Shown here: positions 9,596-19,459 of the stretch, piece by piece
How the letters are laid out: each line of letters starts with the position of its first letter
How positions within the stretch are numbered: position 1 is the first letter of the stretch
From: Bacteroidales bacterium
Lineage (GTDB): Bacteria; Bacteroidota; Bacteroidia; Bacteroidales; WCHB1-69
Length of the DNA: 64,000 nucleotides
Reading direction: 5' to 3'
NCBI GenBank assembly: GCA_017438945.1
Contig: JAFRUI010000014.1
Location: 146,360-210,359, forward strand
Notes under the pieces: generated by a model
Database searches by the model: none
The model's input: the letters and a program-made list of their open reading frames with translations, nothing else
Told to the model about the DNA's origin: nothing
Position numbers and translations under genes: made by a program

Positions 9596-9666
9596 AGGGG
9601 AATAGTTTAAGGGCAGAATAGTGGTCTCCAAAACCATTGATGGGAGTTCGAATCTCTCTTCCCCTG
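9596..9666 (+). tRNA. tRNA-Trp (anticodon CCA)
   Basis: Acceptor stem AGGGGAA / TTCCCCT, anticodon loop CTCCAAA and T arm GGGAGTTCGAATCTCTC. Confidence 0.88.
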
Positions 9667-9668
9667 CA

Positions 9669-9707
9669 AAAAGTCAGGTTCTTTTACGACCTGACTTTTC
9701 TTTTTTC
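9669..9707 (+). terminator. Terminator after tRNA-Trp
   Basis: An 11-bp stem, AAAAGTCAGGT / ACCTGACTTTT, followed by CTTTTTT. Confidence 0.7.
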
Positions 9708-9721
9708 AAAAGTCCCACGCT

Positions 9722-10447
9722 ATGATCTTGATGTACCATAACATCGATGAAAAAGCCGGTTTCAATACCGTTTCTGCCGAAAACTTCGTGCGGCAGCTTC
9801 GTTTCGTGCAGCAACACTGGCAGCTCACCGATATGGACACCTATGTGCGCGAATGCCGCACGAATCCCCGTCTTGCCACTGTCACGTTCGACGATGCCTA
9901 CTCCTGCATCATCACTCAGGTTTTGCCCATCATACATGAACTAGACATACCCATTACGGTTTTTGTGCCCGTATCCTATGTGGGAAAATATAACCAATGG
10001 GACGATAATCTTTCTGGTTATAAGAGAATTAACATTCTTTCTTGGAATGAGATTGAGAGATTGTCACAAGATTCGCATTTTATTATCGGCTCCCATGGAA
10101 TGAGTCACATTTCTCTTAAAAATCTTTCGAAAAGTCAAACAGAATCCGAGTTGAGAGAATCTAAAGAGAGTTTAGAGCGTCATCTGCAAAAACAGGTGCG
10201 ATATTTCGCTTTTCCATACGGACAGCGCAAGGATTTTGGTTGTGCGACTCCGGATCTGCTGCAGGAACTCGGTTTCAAGGCCGCCTTCACTACGCTCTGG
10301 AAACGAAATAATCTGCGAGAAAATCCCTACCGTCTTCGCCGAGTTGAGGTGAAACCGACGGATTCCATTGATGATTTCCAATGTTATTTGAATCGCAAAA
10401 TCGATTTTCGATTTATCAAGCAGGAATTTAAAAATCTGATACGCTAA
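9722..10447 (+). CDS. Polysaccharide deacetylase (NodB homology) family protein
   Basis: 241 aa with TFDDAY and GSHGMSH motifs. Confidence 0.8.
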   Translation: MILMYHNIDEKAGFNTVSAENFVRQLRFVQQHWQLTDMDTYVRECRTNPRLATVTFDDAYSCIITQVLPIIHELDIPITVFVPVSYVGKYNQWDDNLSGYKRINILSWNEIERLSQDSHFIIGSHGMSHISLKNLSKSQTESELRESKESLERHLQKQVRYFAFPYGQRKDFGCATPDLLQELGFKAAFTTLWKRNNLRENPYRLRRVEVKPTDSIDDFQCYLNRKIDFRFIKQEFKNLIR

Positions 10448-10451
10448 AATC

Positions 10452-10480
10452 GTAGAGACGTTTCAGGAAACGTCTTTTAC
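10452..10480. repeat. REP-like palindrome, GTAGAGACG...CGTCT family
   Basis: AGACGTTTC AG GAAACGTCT with partial outer GTA/TAC pairing, 5 nt after the stop codon. Confidence 0.6.
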
Positions 10481-10520
10481 AGGGGTTGTCTCAATAGTTT
10501 GTATGTATTCGAAATTTATG

Positions 10521-10528
10521 TACTTTTG
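10521..10528 (+). promoter_or_regulatory. -7 box TACTTTTG for the wbpE-like operon
   Basis: Matches TAnnTTTG, 27 nt upstream of ATG 10555. Confidence 0.5.
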
Positions 10529-10554
10529 CGCTCGAATGTAAGAAACGTAAAGTG

Positions 10555-11682
10555 ATGAACCCCATACAAATGGTCGATCTGAAAAGTCAGTATCTGCGCA
10601 TCAAGCCTGAGCTGGATGCGGCCATTCAGCATGTGTTGGATTCCACCGCTTTCATTCAAGGATCACCGGTTTTTGAATTTGAGCAACAACTTTCGCAATA
10701 TACTGGTTCAAAATGTGTTATAAGTTGCGGTAATGGAACCGATGCATTAATGGCCGCGCTTTTAGCACTTGGAATCGGGAAAGGGGATGAGGTTATCACC
10801 CCGGCATTCACATTTGTTTCTACCGTGGAGGTGATAGCCTTGTTAGGGGCTACGCCAGTATTTGTTGATGTGTGCGAGGACACCTTCAACATGGATGTCC
10901 ATGCACTGGAGAAAGCCATTACCGCAAAAACCAAAGCCATCCTCCCAGTCCATTTATATGGACAGTGTGCGGATATGGAGCCGGTTTTGAATGTTGCTAA
11001 AAAACACAATGTCAAAGTGATAGAGGATGCGTGCCAGGCCGTCGGAGCAAAATATACTTTCCCGGACGGCACGGTGAAACTGGCGGGTACCATGGGTGAT
11101 ATCGGGTGTCTTTCTTTTTTCCCGTCAAAAAATTTGGGATGTTATGGGGATGGCGGTGCCTTAATGACACAAGATGCGGATTTGGCCGAAAGGTTGCGTG
11201 CCATCTGCAAACATGGTTCGAAAGTGAAATATCACCATCAATATGTCGGATTTAACTCTCGTCTGGATACCATACAAGCAGCGGTTCTGCAAGTAAAGCT
11301 TCACCATTTAGACGGATTTTTAAACGCCCGCAAGTCTGCAGCTTATTATTATTACAAGGCATTGAAGAATGTTAATTGGATAGAACTTCCTGAAATAAAG
11401 CAAAATACGACACATACTTTCCATCAGTTCACCCTCAAGGTGAAAGAGGGCAAGCGGGAAGCATTGAAACAGTATTTGTCGGAGAAGTCGATACCTTCAA
11501 TGGTCTATTATCCTGTTCCTGCGCATTTGCAACCGGCATACCATTTTCTAGGTTATCAGGAAGGTGACCTTCCGGTTTCGGAGCAACATAGCAAAGAGGT
11601 GCTGTCCTTGCCCATGCACACTGAGCTGTCGGAAGATCAGCTGCAATATATTTGTCAAACCATCGTTAATTGCCCGCTATGA
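10555..11682 (+). CDS. wbpE: DegT/DnrJ/EryC1 aminotransferase, WbpE-like (UDP-2-acetamido-2-deoxy-3-oxo-glucuronate aminotransferase type)
   Basis: [31 protein letters not shown] and [18 protein letters not shown] closely track my recollection of P. aeruginosa WbpE. Confidence 0.75.
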   Translation: MNPIQMVDLKSQYLRIKPELDAAIQHVLDSTAFIQGSPVFEFEQQLSQYTGSKCVISCGNGTDALMAALLALGIGKGDEVITPAFTFVSTVEVIALLGATPVFVDVCEDTFNMDVHALEKAITAKTKAILPVHLYGQCADMEPVLNVAKKHNVKVIEDACQAVGAKYTFPDGTVKLAGTMGDIGCLSFFPSKNLGCYGDGGALMTQDADLAERLRAICKHGSKVKYHHQYVGFNSRLDTIQAAVLQVKLHHLDGFLNARKSAAYYYYKALKNVNWIELPEIKQNTTHTFHQFTLKVKEGKREALKQYLSEKSIPSMVYYPVPAHLQPAYHFLGYQEGDLPVSEQHSKEVLSLPMHTELSEDQLQYICQTIVNCPL

Positions 11683-12254
11683 GTAGATATTTTGCACATG
11701 GGACTGCCGTTTTAGATGAAGGATGCCAGATAGGGGATGATTCCAGGATTTGGCATTTCAGTCATGTGATGTCTCGAGCTGTCATCGGCCGGAACTGCGT
11801 GATTGGGCAGAATGTGATGATCGCCAACAAGGTGACGTTGGGCAATAATGTAAAGGTGCAGAACAATGTGTCTGTATATGAAGGGGTTACGTGTGAAGAT
11901 GATGTTTTTTTAGGACCGTCGATGGTGTTCACGAATGTCATCAACCCAAGGGCTTTTATCGAGCGAAAGAGCGAATTCCAGCCCACTTTGGTCCGACAAG
12001 GGGCGACTATCGGGGCGAATGCCACCATAGTATGCGGTCACACCATCGGGCGTTATGCGATGATTGGCGCAGGGGCGGTCATCACGCACGATGTTCCTGA
12101 TTACGCACTTATGACAGGCAATCCCGCGCGCCAGACAGGATGGGTTAGCGAAGCTGGCTGTCGATTGGATTTCGACGAAAAAGGGTTCGCCGATTGTCCG
12201 GAAAGTGGACAGAAGTATCGTTTGTCCGATGATCATGTAAAAAGAATAGAGTAG
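11679..12254 (+). CDS. wbpD: Left-handed beta-helix N-acetyltransferase, WbpD-like
   Basis: IWHFSHV...[11 protein letters not shown]...[19 protein letters not shown]...GANATIVCG...[14 protein letters not shown]. There is an ATGA start/stop overlap with the upstream gene. Confidence 0.8.
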   Translation: MSRYFAHGTAVLDEGCQIGDDSRIWHFSHVMSRAVIGRNCVIGQNVMIANKVTLGNNVKVQNNVSVYEGVTCEDDVFLGPSMVFTNVINPRAFIERKSEFQPTLVRQGATIGANATIVCGHTIGRYAMIGAGAVITHDVPDYALMTGNPARQTGWVSEAGCRLDFDEKGFADCPESGQKYRLSDDHVKRIE

Positions 12255-14852
12255 ATGGGAAAGCTGTTCATACGATTTCTTTTGATGGTTTTCCTGTTGA
12301 CGGGAGCTGTCCCGTCGCTATTTGCCACACACCAACGTGCTGGCGAAATCAGCTATACGTATGTTTCCGGTCTGACTTATGAGTTCACTATTGTCACCTA
12401 TACCTATACGCCTAGTCCTGCCGACCGTCCACAGATTGAAGTGTTCTGGGGCGATGGTACCTCTTCTGAAATCGACCGTCTCCAGAAGGTCAACATGGAC
12501 AATAACATCAGCAAGAACGTATATGTCACGCAGCACACTTTTCCCGCTGCGGGTACCTTCCACGTCACATTTGAGGACCCTAACCGCAATGCCGGAATCG
12601 TGAACATCCCGAGTTCGGTGGAGATTCCGTTTTTCATAGAAACAATCTTGGTCATCAACCCTTTCATTGGCGGAAACTCTTCGCCGCAGCTGTTGAATCC
12701 GCCATTGGACAATGGATGTACCAATGTGCCCTACTATCACAATCCAGGCGCATTCGATGCGGATGGGGACAGTCTTTCATACTCCCTGATTAACTGTCGA
12801 GGGTATGAAGGGGAGGACATTCCGGGCTATACACTTCCTCAAGCTTCCCATTTTATTGAAATAAACCCGATTACGGGTGATTTGACATGGGACTCTCCTC
12901 TTATGGCAGGGGAATATAATATCGCTATCTTGATTGAGGAGTGGCGCAATGGAATGCTCATCGGAAGTATGGTCAGGGACATGCAAATCACGATTGCACC
13001 CTGTAACAATGAGCCGCCGGAAGTGGAAGTGTATGATACTTGTGTCGTGGCGGGTTCCAGGATTGACCTTCTTGTCCGCGTTAAGGATGAGACATCCACG
13101 CACGTCACATTGACGGCGACGGGTGAACCTTTTTTGCTCAGTGAGTCGCCCGCTCAGTTTTCAGAAATCACGGACAGTGTTCCGTATGCCACTCATTTCG
13201 TTTGGCAGACTACCTGTAGTCATGTGAAGTTGAATCCGTATGAGGTGATTTTCAAGGCGAAGGACAACGGTCCGCAAGTGGAGCTGGTCTCTTTTAAGAC
13301 AATTCACATTCGTGTTATTGCTCCAGCTCCGAAAAACCTGAATGCGATTCCCGAAGGAAATGTAATTCACTTGGATTGGAGTCCGGACTCCTGTTCCAAC
13401 GCAATCGGATATGATGTATATCGGCGAAATGGAAATGATGAATTTGAGCCCGATTCGTGTCAGACGGGGCTGCCTTCTGAGGCGGGATATGTGAAAATAG
13501 GGTCCACAGAGGGTTGGACGGACACAATTTTTACGGATGACGGATCGTCACGGCCGCTTTACCACGGCAATGAATATTGTTATCGTGTGGTGGCCCGATT
13601 TCCGGACGGGTCGGAAAGTATAGTGTCTGAAAGGGTTTGCGCGCATATTGCCAATGATGCGCCTATCATTGTCAACACCGATGTGGTGGCCACAGGTGTG
13701 GATGATGGCAGTGTGCTGGTTCGCTGGCTGTTCCCTCCCGAGATGGATTCTGTCGCTTTTCCCCCGCCATATCAATATCAGCTCTTTAGGGTTTCAGACG
13801 AGGATGTTGAGTTGATATATACCGTCAATGTTCCTGAAAATCCGAATGACACGCTTTCCTTCTTGGATGAAAATTTAAACACTTCGGAGGGAGATTTTAC
13901 CTACAAAGTAAGAGTCCTTAATTTGGACACGATTATTGAGGAATCCGATCCGGCAACTTCAATATTCCTCACGCTGGAATCTGCAGACAAGCGTCTTTCG
14001 CTCTATTGGACAGATTTACAGCCTTGGAACAATGTCCGTTATGTAGTTTACAGATACAGCGGGCACACTTCCATTTGGGATTCTGTCGCGACTGTTTCGG
14101 AAACTCACTACACTGATTATAATCTTGAAAACGGAAAGGAGTATTGTTATTATATCGAAGCGGAAGGTTATTATTGGTTGCCCGACACGATTGGTCCTTT
14201 GTATAACCGGTCGCAGCAAGAATGCGGGGTCCCGATAGATAATGAACCTCCTGAGATGCCAGAAATCAGCATTTCCACAGATTGCCAAAATGTGACATTC
14301 GATTGGGTGTTCAGTTCGGATACGGCATCTTCCGACGCAGTCCATTATTACATCTACTATAAGCCCACTTTGGATGGCAAATTTACCTGTATTGACTCTT
14401 TTGACCATACGGACGTTTGTTTTCCGATGCCCTGTACTTATAGCATTGAAGCCTCCGGCTCCGTAGTGCTAGTGGGTTGTTATGCCATGCGAATTGCCGA
14501 CAGTAATTACAATTTCACAGAACTTGCAGATTCAGTGTGTATAGACGTTTTTGAATGTTTGGACTATCGTCTGCCCAATGTGTTTACTCCGAACGGTGAT
14601 GGCATAAATGAGCTGTTCACGCCATTCACACCTTATTCGGGTGTCACTAGAATCGAGATGGAGATTTACAACCGATGGGGAAAACGGGTGTTCCGCACCA
14701 CGGACCCGGACATATTGTGGGATGGGACGGACGAGACCACCAAACAACCCTCTTCTGACGGTGTTTATTTCTATGGTTGTAAACTGTTTGTCAATACTCT
14801 TTCTGGGGAGGTGACCTATTTGGTGAATGGGTCTGTCACGTTGATTCGATAA
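12255..14852 (+). CDS. Large secreted protein with a T9SS type-B C-terminal sorting domain (gliding-motility-associated CTD)
   Basis: 865 aa with a signal peptide and an N-terminal THQRAGEISYTY motif. The C-terminus reads LPNVFTPNGDGINELF...IYNRWGKRVF...WDGT...DGVYFY. Its ATG directly abuts the upstream stop codon. Confidence 0.85.
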   Translation: MGKLFIRFLLMVFLLTGAVPSLFATHQRAGEISYTYVSGLTYEFTIVTYTYTPSPADRPQIEVFWGDGTSSEIDRLQKVNMDNNISKNVYVTQHTFPAAGTFHVTFEDPNRNAGIVNIPSSVEIPFFIETILVINPFIGGNSSPQLLNPPLDNGCTNVPYYHNPGAFDADGDSLSYSLINCRGYEGEDIPGYTLPQASHFIEINPITGDLTWDSPLMAGEYNIAILIEEWRNGMLIGSMVRDMQITIAPCNNEPPEVEVYDTCVVAGSRIDLLVRVKDETSTHVTLTATGEPFLLSESPAQFSEITDSVPYATHFVWQTTCSHVKLNPYEVIFKAKDNGPQVELVSFKTIHIRVIAPAPKNLNAIPEGNVIHLDWSPDSCSNAIGYDVYRRNGNDEFEPDSCQTGLPSEAGYVKIGSTEGWTDTIFTDDGSSRPLYHGNEYCYRVVARFPDGSESIVSERVCAHIANDAPIIVNTDVVATGVDDGSVLVRWLFPPEMDSVAFPPPYQYQLFRVSDEDVELIYTVNVPENPNDTLSFLDENLNTSEGDFTYKVRVLNLDTIIEESDPATSIFLTLESADKRLSLYWTDLQPWNNVRYVVYRYSGHTSIWDSVATVSETHYTDYNLENGKEYCYYIEAEGYYWLPDTIGPLYNRSQQECGVPIDNEPPEMPEISISTDCQNVTFDWVFSSDTASSDAVHYYIYYKPTLDGKFTCIDSFDHTDVCFPMPCTYSIEASGSVVLVGCYAMRIADSNYNFTELADSVCIDVFECLDYRLPNVFTPNGDGINELFTPFTPYSGVTRIEMEIYNRWGKRVFRTTDPDILWDGTDETTKQPSSDGVYFYGCKLFVNTLSGEVTYLVNGSVTLIR

Positions 14853-14857
14853 AAATG

Positions 14858-14865
14858 TATCTTTG
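14858..14865 (+). promoter_or_regulatory. -7 box TATCTTTG for the ClC gene
   Basis: 18 nt upstream of ATG 14883. Confidence 0.5.
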
Positions 14866-14882
14866 CCGCTTGAGTTAGTCGT

Positions 14883-16670
14883 ATGAAAAACAGACGGTTT
14901 CTATATGCTGTGGCGCGGTTCAGGCGGTTTGTCCGGAAGCATTTTGCGGACAAGACGACCGTACTGATACTCAGCGTGGTAATCGGTTTTTTAGGGGCTG
15001 CTGCGGCTATTATTATCAAGAACTTGCTGCACTTCACCACACGGCTGCTGAGCGATGCGTTCCCTGTGGCCGATGTCAACTACCTTTACTTGATTTTCCC
15101 GCCTATCGGCATTTTCCTGACGCTTTTGTTCGTGCGACGAGTTGTGCGCGACAATCTCAGTCACGGCGTGAGCATCGTGCTGAAGTCCATCTGCAAGAGC
15201 GACGGCATGTTGCGGTTCCACAACGTCTATTCCTCCATGGTGGCGAGTGCCATCACCGTCGGGTTCGGCGGCTCCGTGGGCTTGGAGGCGCCCATCGTGC
15301 TCACCGGCAGTGCCATCGGCTCAAACGTGGCGAGATTTTTCCACCTCAACACGAAGCAAACCACGCTGTTGCTGGCCTGCGGTTCCACGGCTGCCATGGC
15401 GGCTATCTTCAAAGCGCCTATCGCTGCGTTGGTCTTCACCTTTGAGGTGCTGATGCTTGACCTTACCGGCAGCGCGATTCTTCCGCTATTGCTCTCTGCT
15501 GCTACGGGAACGGTGATGTCTGTTCTTTTCCTGGGTCAAGACGTGATGTTCACCATCGATGCCACCCAGGGTTTCTCCGTGGGCAATATCCCGTTTTACA
15601 TCATTCTGGGCTTGCTCTGCGGCCTCATCTCCGTCTATTTTCTGCGTGTGTCGCGTTGGATTGAGAAGCAGATGCGGCGGATTAAGAAGGTCTATGTGCG
15701 CGCACTGATCGGCTCGTTGGCATTATGTTTGTTAATTTACCTCTTCCCAGCATTCTATGGTGAAGGCTACAATAACATCAACGATCTGCTGCATGGCGAA
15801 TGGATTTCCGTCTTCAACAACTCGCCGTTGCTGAAGCTGATGGGACACGAAGGACTACTGGTGTTGGCGGTTGTTGGCATCATTCTGATGAAAGTCTTTG
15901 CCACCACGTTCACCACTACCGCCGGTGGTGTGGGCGGTGTTTTCGCCCCGACTCTCTTCATCGGCGCGTTTGTCGGATTCCTGGTCGCGCACGTGGCACA
16001 GGTCTTCCTCCATGTCGATCTGCCCTACGTTAACTTCATCCTTGCAGGCATGGCCGGCGTGATGACCGGCGTGATGCAGGCCCCGCTCACGGCTATGTTC
16101 CTAATCGCAGAATCCTCAACAGGTTACACACTGCTGATTCCTTTGATGGTCACCGCCGCATGTTCCTACCTCTGCGTAAACCCGTTCGAGAAATACTCTG
16201 TCTATACTCAACCGCTAGCCGAAAAAGACAACCTCCGCACTCACAACAAAGACAAATACGCGCTCCGCAAACTGCCTTGGCATCAGACCATAGACACCAA
16301 CATCCTCACTATTCCCGTACACAGCACGCTCCGTACCTACACTGATGTCATCGCCCACTGCAAGCGCAACCTCTTCGTGGTCATTGACGAGAACAACCTC
16401 TTCTCCGGTCTCTTGGTGATGGACGACCACCGCGAGGTCATCTTCAAGCAGGATTTGTATGACAAAGTGCATGTCGAGGATTTGATGATTGAGCCGGAAG
16501 AGTTCATCTACGATGATGACACGGCAGCGATGGTGCTGGAGAAGTTCAAACGCACCGGCAACTTCAACATGCCTGTCATCACCCGCGATCGGAAATACAT
16601 TGGGTTTGTTTCGAAGGCGAAGTTCCTGTCGGAATATCAGACGTTTATTGCGGACAACTCCGAAGACTGA
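14883..16670 (+). CDS. ClC family voltage-gated chloride channel with C-terminal CBS pair
   Basis: 595 aa with GFGGSVGLEAPIV and GVFAPTLFIGA selectivity motifs and a soluble C-terminal region. Confidence 0.88.
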   Translation: MKNRRFLYAVARFRRFVRKHFADKTTVLILSVVIGFLGAAAAIIIKNLLHFTTRLLSDAFPVADVNYLYLIFPPIGIFLTLLFVRRVVRDNLSHGVSIVLKSICKSDGMLRFHNVYSSMVASAITVGFGGSVGLEAPIVLTGSAIGSNVARFFHLNTKQTTLLLACGSTAAMAAIFKAPIAALVFTFEVLMLDLTGSAILPLLLSAATGTVMSVLFLGQDVMFTIDATQGFSVGNIPFYIILGLLCGLISVYFLRVSRWIEKQMRRIKKVYVRALIGSLALCLLIYLFPAFYGEGYNNINDLLHGEWISVFNNSPLLKLMGHEGLLVLAVVGIILMKVFATTFTTTAGGVGGVFAPTLFIGAFVGFLVAHVAQVFLHVDLPYVNFILAGMAGVMTGVMQAPLTAMFLIAESSTGYTLLIPLMVTAACSYLCVNPFEKYSVYTQPLAEKDNLRTHNKDKYALRKLPWHQTIDTNILTIPVHSTLRTYTDVIAHCKRNLFVVIDENNLFSGLLVMDDHREVIFKQDLYDKVHVEDLMIEPEEFIYDDDTAAMVLEKFKRTGNFNMPVITRDRKYIGFVSKAKFLSEYQTFIADNSED

Positions 16671-16705
16671 TTTGGCCATTGGCTATTAGCTTTTAGCTGT
16701 TGGCT
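16671..16705. repeat. Heptamer array, 5 units (TTTGGCC ATTGGCT ATTAGCT TTTAGCT GTTGGCT)
   Basis: Starts at the first nucleotide after the stop codon. Confidence 0.9.
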
Positions 16706-16720
16706 TTTTATACTGACTAT

Positions 16721-16748
16721 TTAACCCTTAACCTTTAAACCCTAAACC
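16721..16748. repeat. Heptamer array, 4 units (TTAACCC TTAACCT TTAAACC CTAAACC)
   Basis: A second array with a different unit in the same spacer. It ends 5 nt before the rfbC ATG. Confidence 0.85.
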
Positions 16749-16753
16749 ATATA

Positions 16754-17302
16754 ATGGAAATAATAAAAACGCAAATTGAAGGATTGTTAATCATCGAGCC
16801 GACGGTTTTCAAGGATGACCGCGGGTATTTTTTTGAGAGTTATAACGAACAACGGTTCAAAGAGTTGGGTGTTTTGGACGATTTCGTGCAGGATAACCAG
16901 TCGTGTTCGCAGAAGGGGGTGGTGCGTGGTTTGCATTTTCAGAAACCTCCTTACGCGCAGGCCAAGCTGGTGCGGGTGCTGCGCGGCGCATGCCTTGACT
17001 TCGCCGTGGACATCCGCAAGGGCAGCCCGACATACGGTCAGTACGTTTCCACTTTGCTCACTGCCGACAATTTTCGCCAGTTCTACATCCCCGCCGGCTT
17101 CGCGCATGGGTTCACCGCATTGGAGGACGACACTGTCTTCGCCTACAAATGCTCGAATTTCTACAACAAGGCCTCCGAGGGGTGTATCATGTTCAATGAC
17201 AAGGATTTGAACATCGACTGGCAGGTGGAGAACCCGATTACGTCGGAGAAGGATATGCAAGGTGAGGCGTTCGCCACATTCGATTCCCCATTTGAATTTT
17301 AA
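16754..17302 (+). CDS. rfbC: dTDP-4-dehydrorhamnose 3,5-epimerase
   Basis: 182 aa with DDRGYFFE, RGLHFQ and AGFAHGF. Confidence 0.95.
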   Translation: MEIIKTQIEGLLIIEPTVFKDDRGYFFESYNEQRFKELGVLDDFVQDNQSCSQKGVVRGLHFQKPPYAQAKLVRVLRGACLDFAVDIRKGSPTYGQYVSTLLTADNFRQFYIPAGFAHGFTALEDDTVFAYKCSNFYNKASEGCIMFNDKDLNIDWQVENPITSEKDMQGEAFATFDSPFEF

Positions 17303-17318
17303 CCCGAATTTCCTATTT

Positions 17319-17346
17319 GTAGAGACGTTGTGCGCAACGTCTCTAC
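17319..17346 (+). terminator. REP-like palindrome / terminator GTAGAGACGTTG TGCG CAACGTCTCTAC
   Basis: A perfect 12-bp stem followed by TGTTTTT, 17 nt after the rfbC stop. Confidence 0.7.
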
Positions 17347-17386
17347 TGTTTTTCCCCCTTTTTTCACACCATAAAAACCACACATT

Positions 17387-19459
17387 ATGAAAAAACACCT
17401 GCTCCTGTTGCTGTTTTGCGGCTTTTTGCTGACTATTTCCGCACAAGAAGAAAGATTGTATTCTCCTGATGGACTTACGATGGTGATGGTCAATTGTTCG
17501 ACGGATCAGTTACATTATTCCGTTCGAAGCACTTTTCCATACAGTGACACTTTAGGAAATGTTTTTATTCAGCCTTCTAATATTGGGATAGAATTGGATA
17601 ACGGCACCATACTCGGACGTAATCCGAAAGTGACAAAAATAGAACGAAACTCCGTTAATCAGGAAGTTGCTGCATATTTTTACAGAAAAGCGAAAATCCA
17701 AGATCAATATAATGAGCTGATTATCAGTTTTAAGGGGGATTTTCAGGTAATATTCCGCGCCTACAACTCCGGCATCGCGTATCGCTTTGTAACAAAGCGA
17801 AAGGAATCCCTTGTCATAAAGCAAGAGATTGCAGAATTTAATTTCTCGGGCAGTAAATGGAATGGTTCATGTAAGGAACCCGAAGCCCTTATTCCATACG
17901 TCAACCGACAACCAGCTAAAAACGGTGACTTTTCCGAACAATTTTGCACCTCATTTGAAAACACCTACGTGGATATGTTTCTCCACGACATGGCCAACGA
18001 TCGACTTGCTTTTCTGCCTATGTTAGTGAAGCAACGCTTTATGCCCAGTTGGGAAAGTAACTCGAATAATTGGCATTTACGCATGGCCGTCATAACCGAA
18101 GCCGACCTGCACGACTACCCGGGAATGTATCTCAAGCACACCGAGGGCAACTCGATGATCGGCTACTTCGCACCGCTGCCGAAGAAGTGGGAGCAGGGCG
18201 GGCACAACAACCTGCAATATGTGGTAAAAGAACGTCACGACTACATCGCCAAGACCGCCGGCACAAGAAACTTTCCGTGGCGCGTGATCGCCATCACCAC
18301 TGAGGATAAGGATTTGGCAGACAACGACCTCGTCTATCTGCTTTCCGAACCGTCGAAAGTGGCTGACATCTCGTGGATTAAGCCCGGCAAGGTGGCATGG
18401 GACTGGTGGAACAACTGGAACATCTGGGGCGTGGATTTCAAGGCCGGCATCAACAACGAAACCTACAAATACTACATCGACTTTGCCGCGGATAAGGGTA
18501 TTGAGTACGTAATTCTGGACGAAGGTTGGGCGGTCAACAAGCAAGCCGATCTCTTCCAAGTGGTGCCCGAAATTGACCTGCCGATGTTGGTGAAATACGC
18601 TGAATCAAAGGACGTTGGTATCGTGTTGTGGGCGGGTTACGCGGCCATGGACAAAGATATGGAACGCGTCTGCAAGCACTATTCCGAGATGGGCGTGAAG
18701 GGCTTCAAGGTCGATTTCATGGACCGCGACGATCAGATTGTGGTGAACTTCTACGAACGGATGGCCGCTATGGCCGCTAAATACCACCTCTTCATCGACT
18801 TTCATGGGGCGTACAAACCCACGGGCCTGAGCCGCACCTACCCGAATGTGCTGAACTACGAGGGTGTGTTCGGGTTGGAGCAGTGCAAATGGGTCGATAG
18901 CAAAACTGACATGGTAGGTTATGAGGTCACGATTCCGTTCATTCGGATGCTGGCTGGTCCGATGGACTTCACGCAGGGCGCGATGCGCAACGGTGCCTAC
19001 TGGTGCTACTTCCCAAGCTGGAACGAGCCGATGAGCCAGGGTACGCGCTGCCGTCAATTGGCTGAGTACATGGTCTTTGACGCGCCCTTCGCGATGCTCT
19101 GCGACGCCCCCACGGCCTACATGCAGGAGCCCGAATGCACGGAGTTCATCGCCAAGGTGCCCACCGTATGGGACGAGACCCGCATTTTAGACGGTAGGGT
19201 CGGGGAATTTATCGTCTCCGCCAAGCGCAAAGGCGACACCTGGTACATCGGTGCCATCACCGACTGGAACGCCCGCACCGTCGAAATCGACCTCAAGGCC
19301 TTGGGCATCACCTCCGGCACGGTCACGATGTTTGTCGATGGTCCCAACGCCCACCGCAAAGGCGTTGACTATCAGAAGAAAACGGTGGCTGTTCCCGCTG
19401 ACGGGAAGCTGAAAGTCGAGTTAGCCCCGGGCGGGGGAGCCGCGATTACGGTTCGATGA
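17387..19459 (+). CDS. Glycoside hydrolase family 97 (SusB-like alpha-glucosidase/galactosidase)
   Basis: 690 aa with a signal peptide and GIEYVILDEGW, GVKGFKVDFMDRDDQ and YEGVFGLEQ motifs. Confidence 0.85.
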   Translation: MKKHLLLLLFCGFLLTISAQEERLYSPDGLTMVMVNCSTDQLHYSVRSTFPYSDTLGNVFIQPSNIGIELDNGTILGRNPKVTKIERNSVNQEVAAYFYRKAKIQDQYNELIISFKGDFQVIFRAYNSGIAYRFVTKRKESLVIKQEIAEFNFSGSKWNGSCKEPEALIPYVNRQPAKNGDFSEQFCTSFENTYVDMFLHDMANDRLAFLPMLVKQRFMPSWESNSNNWHLRMAVITEADLHDYPGMYLKHTEGNSMIGYFAPLPKKWEQGGHNNLQYVVKERHDYIAKTAGTRNFPWRVIAITTEDKDLADNDLVYLLSEPSKVADISWIKPGKVAWDWWNNWNIWGVDFKAGINNETYKYYIDFAADKGIEYVILDEGWAVNKQADLFQVVPEIDLPMLVKYAESKDVGIVLWAGYAAMDKDMERVCKHYSEMGVKGFKVDFMDRDDQIVVNFYERMAAMAAKYHLFIDFHGAYKPTGLSRTYPNVLNYEGVFGLEQCKWVDSKTDMVGYEVTIPFIRMLAGPMDFTQGAMRNGAYWCYFPSWNEPMSQGTRCRQLAEYMVFDAPFAMLCDAPTAYMQEPECTEFIAKVPTVWDETRILDGRVGEFIVSAKRKGDTWYIGAITDWNARTVEIDLKALGITSGTVTMFVDGPNAHRKGVDYQKKTVAVPADGKLKVELAPGGGAAITVR

